Positions 29,158 through 39,037 of a stretch of 62,888 bases of DNA are shown in pieces. This DNA is from Weeksellaceae bacterium. GTDB lineage: Bacteria > Bacteroidota > Bacteroidia > Flavobacteriales > Weeksellaceae. Location of the stretch: contig JAUNRT010000003.1 of assembly GCA_030535475.1 (NCBI GenBank), positions 1 to 62,888 of the forward strand. Direction: 5' to 3'. The notes below the pieces were generated by a model. That model was not told where the DNA came from. It did no database searches and saw nothing but the letters and a program-made list of their open reading frames with translations. The translations under genes and the position numbers were made by a program. Every line of letters starts with the position of its first letter. Position 1 is the stretch's first letter.

Positions 29158-30561
29158 TTACATGCCTGTTACCCAACTCGCCGGGTTGAGCTTAGTCATC
29201 CCTTTGTAGATTTGGAAATCCAAGATAGTGTTGTTTTCACTGTCTGTAAATATCCTACCCAGATTATCACGTATTCCAACCTTCTGACCTTTAGTTACAT
29301 TTACAGATTCTAAGTTGTTATACACTGTGAAGTAATCGCCATGATTTATTACAATGGCAAACATACCGGGTTGTGGTGTCATGATGGATGTCACCGTACC
29401 TCCAAATACGCTTCTGGCCATACTGCCTCGTGATGTTGCAATTTTCACGCCTGGATTATTTTCCATCACTTGCGGCAACACAGGGTGAGGATTTCTACCA
29501 AACCTTCCCACTACTTGCCCAGAAGCGGTAGGCCAAGGCAAACTTCCCTGATTTGCTGCAAATGAACTAGAAAGCGCAGTGGCTTCGGACGCCGCAGGGC
29601 TTGGTGTTGGGGCTGGTGCTGCGGCAGCAGGCAGTGGAGTAGGAGCAGGTTCCGCAGGGCGCGGTGCAGGTGCAGGAGTGGTTCTGCCACTACTAGCAGC
29701 AGCAAGCTCTCTTTCTCTTGCTTCTCTAGCCTCTCTTTCTCTGCGTTCGGCTTCTACTCTTGCTAGTCTTTCCCGTTCTAATCTCGCCGCTTCTTCGCGT
29801 TGGCGACGTTCAGCTTCTTCTCTTTCCCGTGCTATGCGGATTTCTTCTTGTATTATTGCCTGTATTTGGCTTTGTATGCGATCCGTTTGCTGTTGTTTTT
29901 GGCGTAAATCTGACGCAATGTTTGAAGCATTTTTACGATAATCTGCTAAAATTTGATTCTGCTCGCGGCGCTCAATTTCGAGGTTGTCACGCATTGCCTG
30001 TTGCCTAGCCAATAGCATCTCTTTCTCTTTTTTCGCAGCTTCGCGTACAGCGATAGTTTTTTCGATTTCTGCCTGTTTTACTTTGATTTCCTCAGCTTTT
30101 TCACCTTGGAAATTTGAATACTTCTCTAGATATTTCAATCTTCTATAAGCCTCTGTGAAATTCTTTGAACCCAATACAAAAACCACCTTGTTTTGCATGG
30201 ATTTGTTTTTGTATGCGTTCACCAAAACCTCCTTGTATTCTTTCTTCAGCTCAGCCATTTCCCTATTCAGGTGGTTGATTTCTAGCTGTGCAAGATATAT
30301 CTCATCATCCAAAAATCTTTTTTCGCGGTTGGCATTGCTCACAAGTTGATCTTGAGCCTTGATTTTCTCCTCCAAACTTTTTATATACAATAAAGACTTT
30401 TGAGAACCAGCTCGGTTTTCATTCAATACTTTATTTAAAGCAGAAATTTGATTGCGCAACTCTTGACTCTGCTGCCGAAGTCTTTCTTTTTGTGACGGCT
30501 GAGCCCAAAGTAGCACTCCCGCAAAACAGCATAGTATAACTAAAAAGCTTCTTTTCGTCAT
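29158..30561 (-). CDS. Murein hydrolase activator / M23 peptidase (EnvC-like)
   Basis: Long N-terminal coiled coil, an R/E- and A/P-rich linker, and a C-terminal LytM/M23 domain (..AIVINHGDYFTVYNNL..). Confidence 0.8.
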   Translation of the reverse strand: MTKRSFLVILCCFAGVLLWAQPSQKERLRQQSQELRNQISALNKVLNENRAGSQKSLLYIKSLEEKIKAQDQLVSNANREKRFLDDEIYLAQLEINHLNREMAELKKEYKEVLVNAYKNKSMQNKVVFVLGSKNFTEAYRRLKYLEKYSNFQGEKAEEIKVKQAEIEKTIAVREAAKKEKEMLLARQQAMRDNLEIERREQNQILADYRKNASNIASDLRQKQQQTDRIQSQIQAIIQEEIRIAREREEAERRQREEAARLERERLARVEAERREREAREARERELAAASSGRTTPAPAPRPAEPAPTPLPAAAAPAPTPSPAASEATALSSSFAANQGSLPWPTASGQVVGRFGRNPHPVLPQVMENNPGVKIATSRGSMARSVFGGTVTSIMTPQPGMFAIVINHGDYFTVYNNLESVNVTKGQKVGIRDNLGRIFTDSENNTILDFQIYKGMTKLNPASWVTGM

Positions 30562-30588
30562 ATCTCCTTCAACTTCACTTTTATTTCA

Positions 30589-31377
30589 TCAGTTTATCTC
30601 CCGTGGAGAGTAGTTGCCCGGTATGTTGAAGGGCGCATCCATAGGAGTCAAATCAAAAGTATTGTACTCTAACGTAATTTCGTCATTTTGAGTACCTTTT
30701 ATCACAACTTTAACAATTCCGGGTAGATCTCCAGCCGCTGTGCTGCTCCAGTTTTCGTAAGTAGCGGTGAGTGTAGTTGGTGAATTTCTATCTTGCATCT
30801 CAGCACGCAACAATCTGAAATTGCCATCAAGAAAATACTTAAGGGCAAAAATTTGTGAGGTTCCGGAAGCACTTTGATTAGGTTGATATTCTACAACAAA
30901 CTCATTGTTGGCTTTATCAACACTCATTTTATAAGCATCTTGAGCGCCTAGAAGCAACATTCTTCCGAGCAACAATTGTTGTAGTCTTTCAAAATTGATA
31001 AAATCTACTTTGAGTTTTTCATTGAAAAACGCAAAATCGCCATCAATGTAGGTTCTATCTATCACCTCATAAGCTTGCACGCGAGATGGGGTGATGTTGG
31101 CACGTGCACCTGTAATTCCGAGCATAGAAAGGTTTACCCAAATCCTCTCATCGCCTTGCATATAGATTCTGCTACTGGCAGAATTTTGCTTGCCGTTGAG
31201 GTTGGCAGTTACCTTGCCTCTTATCTGCAAATGCTCAAAGTTTGGTTCCTTTGCCACATATTCACGGAAAAAAGCTTCCCGGTTCATGTTCTCTACATTT
31301 GCCGTACCCGAATCAGTTGGTTGCACAGCGCATTGCACAAAAAGAAGTGCAGTGAGTGCTAAAATTATTTGTTTCAT
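30589..31377 (-). CDS. DUF4292-like (LolB-like) lipoprotein
   Basis: Lipoprotein signal LLFVQC. The position next to the envC-like gene is typical of Flavobacteriia. Confidence 0.6.
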   Translation of the reverse strand: MKQIILALTALLFVQCAVQPTDSGTANVENMNREAFFREYVAKEPNFEHLQIRGKVTANLNGKQNSASSRIYMQGDERIWVNLSMLGITGARANITPSRVQAYEVIDRTYIDGDFAFFNEKLKVDFINFERLQQLLLGRMLLLGAQDAYKMSVDKANNEFVVEYQPNQSASGTSQIFALKYFLDGNFRLLRAEMQDRNSPTTLTATYENWSSTAAGDLPGIVKVVIKGTQNDEITLEYNTFDLTPMDAPFNIPGNYSPREIN

Positions 31378-31422
31378 TTAGAGTTTCTTATCTACAAAGA
31401 AATTTCGTGCCACGAATCACAA

Positions 31423-32442
31423 TCAATCTTTTGCTTGAAAATCCAGCGTAGAAAAGTCACCCAAGCTTATGTTTCTAGAAACACCATAGTACTCTGCATT
31501 ATTGCCAATCATGCTATGCGTAAGGTTTCCATACTGTATCTTGGTGCATTCCTGTATCAGAGAATTATCAATGTTGCTATTGCGTATTTCCGTGCCGTTG
31601 CCAATAGAGACATTCGGGCCGATCTTTGAATTTTCTATCACCACATTCTCTCCAATGAAGCATGGCTCAAGTATCAGTGAGTTGATGATTTTTGACGAAG
31701 ATGGGAACTGCTTCAGCACCTCTTTCTCAAAGCCCAATACCTTGGAGTTGGTTTCTACAGTCACTGTTTTGTTACCACAATCCATCCATTCATCCACCTC
31801 ACCAAGAGTAAACTGATTGCCTTTGCTGCGCATGTTCTCCAAAGCGTCAGTGAGTTGGTATTCACCACCGCTCTTCAAATCATTGTCTAGCAAATACTCA
31901 ATTTCTTTGCGTAGTTGCCCACCATCTTTGAAGTAGTAAATACCTATAATTGCCAGATCAGAAACAAATTCTTTTGGCTTCTCTACAAAGTCAGTAATTA
32001 CATTATTTTCATCAAGCTTCACTACACCAAATGCACTTGGGTTTTCTACTTTTTTCACCCATACAACACCGTCTGCATCCTTGTCAAGTTCGAATTTCGC
32101 ACGGAATAGTGTGTCAGCAAAGGCTATAATCACAGGACCTGTGAGTGCCTCTTTTGCTTGATAAATGGCGTGAGCTGTGCCCAGTGGCTCTTCTTGTCTC
32201 ACTACTGTGCCTCTAGCACCCAATTTTTCCGCAATGGCTACCAATTGATCCTCTACCTCCTTGCCAAAATCACCGGTGATAAAAGCAATTTCATCAATAG
32301 GATCTTTACATAGCGATGTGATGTCCTCTGCCAATCTATGCACAATAGGTTTGCCGGCAATAGGTATTAGAGGTTTTGGTACAGTGAGCGTGTGTGGTCT
32401 CAAGCGTGAGCCGCGCCCCGCCATAGGTATTATGATTTTCAT
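31423..32442 (-). CDS. Sugar-phosphate nucleotidyltransferase with C-terminal left-handed beta-helix
   Basis: Carries the MKIIIPMAGRGSRLRPHTLTVPKPLIPIAGKPIV NTP-transferase signature. Confidence 0.85.
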   Translation of the reverse strand: MKIIIPMAGRGSRLRPHTLTVPKPLIPIAGKPIVHRLAEDITSLCKDPIDEIAFITGDFGKEVEDQLVAIAEKLGARGTVVRQEEPLGTAHAIYQAKEALTGPVIIAFADTLFRAKFELDKDADGVVWVKKVENPSAFGVVKLDENNVITDFVEKPKEFVSDLAIIGIYYFKDGGQLRKEIEYLLDNDLKSGGEYQLTDALENMRSKGNQFTLGEVDEWMDCGNKTVTVETNSKVLGFEKEVLKQFPSSSKIINSLILEPCFIGENVVIENSKIGPNVSIGNGTEIRNSNIDNSLIQECTKIQYGNLTHSMIGNNAEYYGVSRNISLGDFSTLDFQAKD

Positions 32443-32496
32443 AGTGTTCTATATATTTAAGAGAATAGTACTTAAAAGTTTTTTCTGTTCGCAAAT

Positions 32497-32934
32497 TTAT
32501 GGCTTATCACCCGTGCTGCCAAATCCGCCGCTACCGCGTGAAGTCTCACTCAGCGCATCACTTTTTTCCCAAGAGATCTGTTCATACTTGGCAAAAACCA
32601 ATTGTGCAATGCGCTCACCGGGTGCCACCTCATAAGCCTGTGTAGATAAATTGGCAAGTATTACACCCACTTCGCCTCTATAGTCCGCATCAATAGTGCC
32701 GGGAGCATTCAAGCAGGTGAGTCCATGCTTCAGTGCCAAACCACTTCTCGGACGTACTTGCGCTTCATAGCCTGCTGGTATCTCTATGTACAAACCTGTT
32801 GGGAAAAGCCTTCTTTCCATCGGTTGCAGAGTCCAAGATTCTTCTATATTGGCTTGTAGATCCAGACCTGCGGCGTGCTCAGTTTGGTATTCTGGCAGGG
32901 CATACGGAGATTTGTTTACCACTTTGATCTTCAT
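32497..32934 (-). CDS. dut: dUTP diphosphatase
   Basis: Contains [15 protein letters not shown] and [10 protein letters not shown] motifs. The start is set at MKIKVVNKS (32934). Confidence 0.93.
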   Translation of the reverse strand: MKIKVVNKSPYALPEYQTEHAAGLDLQANIEESWTLQPMERRLFPTGLYIEIPAGYEAQVRPRSGLALKHGLTCLNAPGTIDADYRGEVGVILANLSTQAYEVAPGERIAQLVFAKYEQISWEKSDALSETSRGSGGFGSTGDKP

Positions 32935-33067
32935 CGGTGTGTTTTGCAAATTTCCACAAAAATAGCCATTCCCATCATACCATCAAACACGGATAGTATT
33001 CTCAAGTAAATCTACAAGCAAAATAACGGCACATTTTGTAAATCAAAAATCTTTAGGAATGCACAGA

Positions 33068-34489
33068 TCAACGACGTATCTGGGAAAGAATAAAATTTCT
33101 TTCCAGAAAATACACCAGTCCAAGATATAAAATTAGCAATCCATTGCCAATCAAGAAATTGCTGTCTGCCAAATGATAGCTTATAAAGCCTATAAACATA
33201 GACACAGCAAGGTAGAAAATTATCTTTCTAGACTTATACGGAATGGGGTAATTGCGTTGCCCAATATAGCAAGAGAGCACCATCATGCACATGTATACAA
33301 TAAACGTTGCATAAGCAGAAACCATGAAGCCCAATCGTGGCAGTAGCAGCAAGTTTAGCCCTACAGTCAACACAGCGCCCACCAGCGAAATGTAAAAACC
33401 AATGCGTGTTTTATCCGTCACCTTATACCAAGTAGAGAGAGTATAGTAAATCCCAAAAAATAAATTTGCAAAAACTATAATCGGCACTATATCCATAGCC
33501 TGCCAATAAGACGGATTTGGAATGAAAAGCCTTTTCAGCCAACCCAGATTTACAATGATGGCCAGCGCTGCCACACTTCCCAGCACAGTGAATGCTTCTG
33601 TGATCATTGCATATGTTTTTGGAGCATCCTTGTCCTGCATTTTCTTGAAAAGAAATGGCTCAATCCCCAGTCGGAAAGCCGTTACAAAAAGTGTCATGAG
33701 CACTGCTAGCTTATAGCAGCCACCATAAGCACCCGCCATTTCATCAGATATGAGCATCCGTTGCACCGTTTTGTCAAAATTTTCATTGATCATAAACGCA
33801 AACCCAGCCAACATCACCGGCCAAGAATACCCGAGCATTTTGCGGAAAAGCTCAGCATCAAACTTGCGGCGCACCTTCAAGCTCACCGGCAACAAAAGCA
33901 AAAACCCAAAAATACTTCCTAGCAAATTGGCAAAAAACGGAATCGCCACCTGCTCCTGTAGGCCAAAAACACGCAAATTCTCAAACGGAATTTGCATAAA
34001 CATCAGCAACACCAGCAGTGTCTGCACAGCAGATTGGCTCACACGTACAGCCGTGTATCGCAACGGTTTGTTGTGAAATCGTAGCCAAGCAAGCGGTATC
34101 ACACACAGCGTGTCAAAGAAAGCTATCCACACAAACCAGCGTATGTACTCCGGGTTTTGCGCATAGTCCAGACCATCAGCTATAGACCGGTGAAACAGTA
34201 GCCCACCCAACAAAAAAACCAGCGAAGTAGCCCCTAAAAACCAGTAAGAAGTATGAAAAGTTTTATCTCTTTTGCTCTCATCTGAGCTGAACCTGAAAAA
34301 AGCCGTCTCAAACCCAAAAGTCAGAAAAATATTCACAAAAGAAATCAAGGCATACAACTGTGCAAACTTGGCAAACTCCGCAGCATCTATATACATAGCA
34401 TACACCGGCACCAGCAGAAATATGAGAATACGGGGTAGTATAGCCCCAATGCCATATATTACCGTTTCACCCAGTAGTTTTTTGAACAA
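33068..34489 (-). CDS. Polysaccharide/oligosaccharide flippase family protein (MOP superfamily)
   Basis: About 14 TM helices, 473 aa, with conserved dut adjacency. The apparent start is TTG and is uncertain. Confidence 0.75.
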   Translation of the reverse strand: MFKKLLGETVIYGIGAILPRILIFLLVPVYAMYIDAAEFAKFAQLYALISFVNIFLTFGFETAFFRFSSDESKRDKTFHTSYWFLGATSLVFLLGGLLFHRSIADGLDYAQNPEYIRWFVWIAFFDTLCVIPLAWLRFHNKPLRYTAVRVSQSAVQTLLVLLMFMQIPFENLRVFGLQEQVAIPFFANLLGSIFGFLLLLPVSLKVRRKFDAELFRKMLGYSWPVMLAGFAFMINENFDKTVQRMLISDEMAGAYGGCYKLAVLMTLFVTAFRLGIEPFLFKKMQDKDAPKTYAMITEAFTVLGSVAALAIIVNLGWLKRLFIPNPSYWQAMDIVPIIVFANLFFGIYYTLSTWYKVTDKTRIGFYISLVGAVLTVGLNLLLLPRLGFMVSAYATFIVYMCMMVLSCYIGQRNYPIPYKSRKIIFYLAVSMFIGFISYHLADSNFLIGNGLLILYLGLVYFLERNFILSQIRR

Positions 34490-34584
34490 TTTTCAGCAAA
34501 TTTTCATGCAAAAGTCCATTTTCTTTTTCTAAAAACCAATCAATGCACTCATTTTTTTATCTTTGCCTATTGCAACACATCCCT

Positions 34585-35586
34585 ATGGACAAGCATAAAA
34601 AGCAGAGAATAGGCGTCATCGGCAGTGGAAGTTTTGGTACAGCCCTCACCAAGATTTTTTGTGAGACCAATGAGCAAGTAAATTGGTGGGTGCGCAGTGA
34701 AGAAGTTAAGGACACCCTCCTCACAGAGCATCGCAACCCGCACTACCTGAGTTCAGTATCATTCCGCCCCAACAAGCTTCAAGTATTCACAGATATCAAC
34801 CAGCTCGTGGAGCACACAGACATCCTTGTCTTTGTCACGCCCTCCATCTACCTGCTAGACTGCCTCAAAGACCTCAACGTCTCGCTACAAGACAAGCTTG
34901 TAGTCACAGCCATCAAAGGTCTCATTCCGCAGCAGTCCAAGATCATAGGAGATTATTTCCATGAAGATCTGGGCATACCCTTGGACAACATTGGCGTCAT
35001 AGCCGGCCCGTGTCATGCAGAAGAAATAGCACTCGAGCGGCTCTCATACCTTACCGTAGCCTTCAAAGACGCACACAAAGCAGAAATCCTTGCCCAACAC
35101 CTGCGTTGCAGGTACATGAACGTCACCTTGAGTGATGATATCTTTGGCACAGAACACTCCGCAGTGCTCAAAAACGTGTATGCCATATCAGCAGGTTTGG
35201 CGCATGGGTTAGGCTATGGAGACAACTTCATAGCAGTTCTGCTCAGCAATGCCATCCGTGAAATGGCGCGCTACATGGACGCCATTTATCCCATACAGCG
35301 AGACGTTAACGAGTCTGTTTACCTTGGTGATTTGCTCGTCACCGGCTACTCCTACTTCAGTCGCAATCGCATGTTTGGCAACATGGTAGGCAAAGGCTAT
35401 ACAGTGAAATCCGCACTTATGGAGATGAACATGGTGCCAGAAGGCTACTACGCCGCAGACGGTATCAAAAAAATCGCTGACGAGCACAACGTGCACCTAC
35501 CCATACTCAATCGCGTACACAAAATCCTTTACCGCGACAAAAACCCCAAAAAGCAATTCCAAAAACTCACTGCCGACCTCAATTAA
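34585..35586 (+). CDS. gpsA: NAD(P)H-dependent glycerol-3-phosphate dehydrogenase
   Basis: RIGVIGSGSFGTAL Rossmann motif and a GpsA-like C-terminal domain; ATG at 34585. Confidence 0.9.
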   Translation: MDKHKKQRIGVIGSGSFGTALTKIFCETNEQVNWWVRSEEVKDTLLTEHRNPHYLSSVSFRPNKLQVFTDINQLVEHTDILVFVTPSIYLLDCLKDLNVSLQDKLVVTAIKGLIPQQSKIIGDYFHEDLGIPLDNIGVIAGPCHAEEIALERLSYLTVAFKDAHKAEILAQHLRCRYMNVTLSDDIFGTEHSAVLKNVYAISAGLAHGLGYGDNFIAVLLSNAIREMARYMDAIYPIQRDVNESVYLGDLLVTGYSYFSRNRMFGNMVGKGYTVKSALMEMNMVPEGYYAADGIKKIADEHNVHLPILNRVHKILYRDKNPKKQFQKLTADLN

Positions 35587-35683
35587 CCCCGTATAAACGC
35601 CAGGCTTTTTCATTTGCAGCATTCATATAAATAACAAGATTACATAGAGGAGCCTAGCAAAGTATAATTATTTTTTTATTTTT

Positions 35684-35863
35684 TTAGGAGCTATTTCCGG
35701 CTGTTGCCTCCAATCTTGTTGGTCAGTGGCAGCAAAAAAATCTCCCTTCAGGCACACTCTCCCGGATGAGCCGGGACCCGGTACCTGCAGGGAGTTTTTT
35801 GCATTGCCACTGCCTGCACAAGGATTTCCGGCACATTCGGGCTAGGCCATACAGCACAAGGCC
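35684..35863 (+). repeat. B-module, subtype 2
   Basis: Conserved 5' block. The closing helix is ATCTTGT/ACAAGGAT (35713-35719 / 35818-35825). A roughly 29-bp hairpin spans 35724-35812, and the 3' block is CGGGCTAGGCC..GGCC. Confidence 0.85.
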
Positions 35864-36106
35864 AAAAAATAGTCAGCACCCATTCCCACAGATCAAAAGC
35901 TACAACCAGCATTCACATACAACCAGCAATCACTTTCAAAGGACAATCAAAATCCCAGAAACACGGTCACTGAGGGTTTTTTGTGCCAAAAATCGCGGGA
36001 AAAACAAACAAAAATTGAAACTGCACAAAAAATGTCTCGAAGTGACGAACTTCAAACTTATTCCTTTGCTTCCTGTGGCTTCTCGACAATTTGGCTTAGG
36101 CAAAAT

Positions 36107-36146
36107 CCCTCAGCCACCGTTTTGTATCGGTCACTGAGGGTTTTTT
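36107..36146 (+). terminator. Intrinsic terminator-like hairpin ending tandem unit 1
   Basis: CCCTCAG-20 nt-CTGAGGG followed by TTTTTT. Confidence 0.7.
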
Positions 36147-36267
36147 GTGCCAGAAGTCGCAGTAAAACCAATGAATCGTCAGTGCACAAAAAACGTCTCG
36201 AAGTGACAAACTTCAAAATTATTGCTTCGCTTTATGTGGCTTCGAGACAATTTTGCTTTGGCAAAAT

Positions 36268-36307
36268 CCCTCAGCCACCGTTTTGCATCGGTCACTGAGG
36301 GTTTTTT
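36268..36307 (+). terminator. Intrinsic terminator-like hairpin ending tandem unit 2
   Basis: CCCTCAG (36268-36274) ... CTGAGGG (36295-36301) followed by T6 (36302-36307). Confidence 0.7.
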
Positions 36308-36544
36308 GTGCCAAAAATCACGGGGAAAACAAACAAAAATTGAAACTGCACAAAAAATGTATCGAAGTGACGAACTTCAAAATTATTCCTTTGCTTCACG
36401 TGGCTTCTAGATAATTTGTCTTAGGCAAAATCCTTCAGCCACCTTTTTCCATGTGAAAGCTTTGAAACTTGAATTTTGCAAATCAGCACCGCTGACTTGC
36501 AAAAAAAAGAGCAATATGAAGGTCTATTTGCACTTGTACAGTGT

Positions 36545-36826
36545 TTAATCTAAGTCAAATTCTCTTCCTTCTAGGAATTTCCCCCATTCTTCTGAAATAG
36601 CTTCTATAAAGGACCACGCGTGCCTATCTTCTCCAAATCCTTTGCGTATTATCGGCTGAATGAGCTCCATGGTTTCTTCCTCTGGATTGTATAAATATTC
36701 ATTCCCTTTGAGTAAATGAATGTTTACATAACAACCTCCATCACTGCCATTGAAAGGCTTTGTGTCAATGTATTTAATATTGCCTAAGTCAAAAGCCTGA
36801 TTTCCGAATAAAAAAATTCTTCCCAT
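36545..36826 (-). CDS. Hypothetical small acidic protein (93 aa) carried inside element E3
   Basis: ATG at 36826 (MGRIFLFGNQAFDLG...). No recognisable family. The upstream part of the longer track ORF looks non-coding. Confidence 0.45.
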   Translation of the reverse strand: MGRIFLFGNQAFDLGNIKYIDTKPFNGSDGGCYVNIHLLKGNEYLYNPEEETMELIQPIIRKGFGEDRHAWSFIEAISEEWGKFLEGREFDLD

Positions 36827-37038
36827 GATTATTTGATTTAAAAATTTGATCTTTTTTGTGAACTGTTCTGGTATGCTTCTTATGCAACTTTTTGCATAAC
36901 AAAGTAAACTACGGTGTAAAAGTATTGACGTACAACGCCAAAACATGTCGTTGAAAAAAATTCAAAAGCCAAATAATACTTTTTACGCTATACCGGATGA
37001 AATAATGAGAGTTTTAAGCTAGATCTATGTTGCGATGC

Positions 37039-37283
37039 CCGCGGCAGGTGGTAGGCGGCTACCCCGCAAGGTATTTTGGCTCTTGCAAAATGTGAGCGCA
37101 AAGGGGTTGATGCCGCCCAACCGGCAGAAAACCCTTTGCGCCACTATTTTGCAGCCAAAAAACCGCGGAGTAATAGCCGTACAACCGACCCTTTTAATGG
37201 GTTGTAGAAACGCGATAATCGATGTAAATAATGAATACCCGATCCATTGCGTCTCTACAGCACAAAAAAGGGTGCCGCCCAAA
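37039..37283 (+). repeat. A-module of E3
   Basis: Collinear with 16949-17203. It has the CCGCGG...CCGCGG frame, the CC-GCAA-GG hairpin (37064-37071), and covarying helices at 37074-37091/37146-37160 and 37096-37105/37132-37141. Confidence 0.85.
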
Positions 37284-37318
37284 TCATTAAAAAATATTGC
37301 TTGCCTGTGAACGCTGTT

Positions 37319-38161
37319 TTACTCTTCTGGCATGACTACGTTTAGCTCGTTTCTGTCCCAATCGTAGAGGAAGTCTATGCCATAGTTGGTGCTGTGCACT
37401 AGCAGGCGATTGATCTCATACCGAGTGGCATACTTGCGGAAATGGTAGATGTCTGCTGGTGTGATGAAGGGTTCGCGGTCTGGATAGGTGATTGAGATTT
37501 GGCTCTGATCTATGTCTTCTTGTGTAACGCTGTGTGGCATGTACTGGTTGAATTGCAGATTGTAGAAGATTTTGCCCTCCTCGTCTGCATAATACAGGTA
37601 GTCACGCCCAAATGGTATGGTGGATGTGGCTGTGGTCTCTGTGAGCAGATAGAGCTTGTATAGGTGGCGCTCCTTGCCGCGCACTACGTCTGTGAAAGGA
37701 ATGAAAACAGGATTGAAAAACTCGTCTTTGCCAGGGTTGGTAAAACTATATTTGGATTGCACATTGCGCATTACTAGCGCTTTCATGTCTATGAAATGTA
37801 GTTCTTCTTCTGCCAATGGGCGCTCAACGGGGTTGATTTCTCCTGCGTCTTCTGAGCTGTAGTAGTACACTTCTGATATTACTTTTTGTGTGCTTTTGGC
37901 ATCCATAATCAAGGCGATAATACTATCATTGCGGGATATGACATGCACTTCGCCGGAGCGAGAGCGCATGCGCCTGTCGCCATCTATCCATTTGACGGTT
38001 TGGGTGAAGGCTTGCTCATACATATATAGCTTATCTGCTTCTTGCAATATGGAGTCATTGATCTGCTGAAAGGTGCGTGTCTCACGCTTGGTTTGCGCTT
38101 CTAATGGGGTATGCAAGCTGAGGTAAAGTAGTATCGTGAGTAAGTAAGGTAGGTGTTTCAT
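37319..38161 (-). CDS. Hypothetical secreted protein
   Basis: Signal peptide MKHLPYLLTILLYLSLHTPLEAQ; ATG at 38161. Confidence 0.6.
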   Translation of the reverse strand: MKHLPYLLTILLYLSLHTPLEAQTKRETRTFQQINDSILQEADKLYMYEQAFTQTVKWIDGDRRMRSRSGEVHVISRNDSIIALIMDAKSTQKVISEVYYYSSEDAGEINPVERPLAEEELHFIDMKALVMRNVQSKYSFTNPGKDEFFNPVFIPFTDVVRGKERHLYKLYLLTETTATSTIPFGRDYLYYADEEGKIFYNLQFNQYMPHSVTQEDIDQSQISITYPDREPFITPADIYHFRKYATRYEINRLLVHSTNYGIDFLYDWDRNELNVVMPEE

Positions 38162-38385
38162 GATTTTGTGTTTTGATTGGGTGTCAAAAAGTATTTTACC
38201 AATCCCAAAACAATGCCAAGCCCTACCCAAAATAGAAAATTGCGTATATGGTCTTGCTGAGCGATGGGGTTGTCTAGGCTATAGTGGTTGATGAGCATGA
38301 AGCCAAAAAATAGCGCTAGCCCAAACAGGACGGAGTTTTGCAACTCTCTGCGGAAACGTGGATCACTGAATTGTGGTATGGGCAT
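38158..38385 (-). CDS. Hypothetical small membrane protein (two TM helices)
   Basis: 75 aa with two hydrophobic helices; its stop overlaps the start of the downstream gene. Confidence 0.5.
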   Translation of the reverse strand: MPIPQFSDPRFRRELQNSVLFGLALFFGFMLINHYSLDNPIAQQDHIRNFLFWVGLGIVLGLVKYFLTPNQNTKS

Positions 38386-38406
38386 AGGGTTTGAAATTTT
38401 TATGTA

Positions 38407-38919
38407 CTATATCCAGTCTATATGAGCGTTACTGCTTAGCTGCCACATGACTATGGCTAGAAATACTATGCAAAGTAGAAGGCTGAGCCCGCTGCTCATC
38501 ATGAACCCAATGAAGGAGCCTGTGGCTGCCCTGAGGGCGTCTTTGCGGTTGCGTTTTTTGAAAATAAACTCGCCAATGAAGGCGCCTAAAAATGGCATGA
38601 CAAAGATAGACCATAATCCTAACGGGGCGAAAAATATGCCTACTATAAGCCCTATGGTGGTACCGTAGACGCCATACCGGCTACCACCAAATCTTTTGCT
38701 ACCCCAAGCGGGAAGTATGTAGTCTGCTGCGCTCACTAGACCCACGCCAATGAGCGCTGCTATGAGCAGCCCCCATCCATAGTCTGCAAAGCTTGTGAAG
38801 GAGAAAACCAAAAGGCCTAGCCAAGAGAGTAATGGTCCCGGCAGGACGGGTAGAAAGGAGCCAAACACTGCAATAATCATCATAATTACAGAGAGTATGG
38901 CAAGGATTTCATCGGTCAT
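38407..38919 (-). CDS. DUF456 family membrane protein
   Basis: LPGPLLSWLG and AWGSKRFGGS blocks are typical of DUF456. Confidence 0.7.
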   Translation of the reverse strand: MTDEILAILSVIMMIIAVFGSFLPVLPGPLLSWLGLLVFSFTSFADYGWGLLIAALIGVGLVSAADYILPAWGSKRFGGSRYGVYGTTIGLIVGIFFAPLGLWSIFVMPFLGAFIGEFIFKKRNRKDALRAATGSFIGFMMSSGLSLLLCIVFLAIVMWQLSSNAHIDWI

Positions 38920-39037
38920 TTGACAGGTTTATTCTAACAAATGTAATTGATTTTTTGTTGTGCAAAAATTCATAGAATTGTTACGGGTGTTTGCCGCAGA
39001 TTTTATTAGCGTGCAAAATGTAGTAAATTTGCGAGCT

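Larger units (their letters stand above)
35949..36450 (+). repeat. Tandem array of three 161-164 bp units
   Basis: TGTGCC unit starts lie at 35982, 36146 and 36307. Units 1 and 3 are nearly identical, while unit 2 diverges in its first half. Confidence 0.9.
35684..37283 (+). repeat. Expanded structured repeat element, copy E3 (variant B-module, three tandem units, small ORF, A-module)
   Basis: It has the same B-to-A polarity and the same terminal sequences as E2: TTAGGAGCTATTTCCGGCTG at the left and GGGTGCCGCCCAAA at the right. The interior is about 900 bp longer. Confidence 0.8.

Noticed and set aside
29580-29800. GC-rich repetitive segment with RERE and AP repeats
   Set aside because: It is the coiled-coil and A/P-rich linker of the EnvC-like M23 protein. 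It is in frame and continuous with flanking conserved domains.
36000-36260. Bacteroidota-type promoter motifs (TAnnTTTG: TAAGTTTG and TAATTTTG on the minus strand of the tandem units)
   Set aside because: The -7-like octamers are conserved, but no properly spaced -33 TTTG was found. The equivalent sites in E1 and E2 have 3-nt rather than 2-nt spacers. That is too weak to call promoters or to set transcript polarity.
35766-36410. Three overlapping ORFs (35766-36137, 35981-36298, 36222-36410) across the tandem units
   Set aside because: They are by-products of the 161-164 bp periodicity. They run through terminator hairpins and T runs, and they encode highly basic, low-complexity peptides.
35949-36450. 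Possible CRISPR array
   Set aside because: The units are 161-164 bp and homologous over their whole length. There are no short direct repeats with unique spacers, and no cas genes are in the window.
36840-36946. N-terminal extension of the 133-aa track ORF (36545-36946)
   Set aside because: The extension (MFWRCTSILLHRSLLCYAKSC...) looks non-coding. The ATG at 36826 gives a compact 93-aa product, and even that CDS call is tentative.
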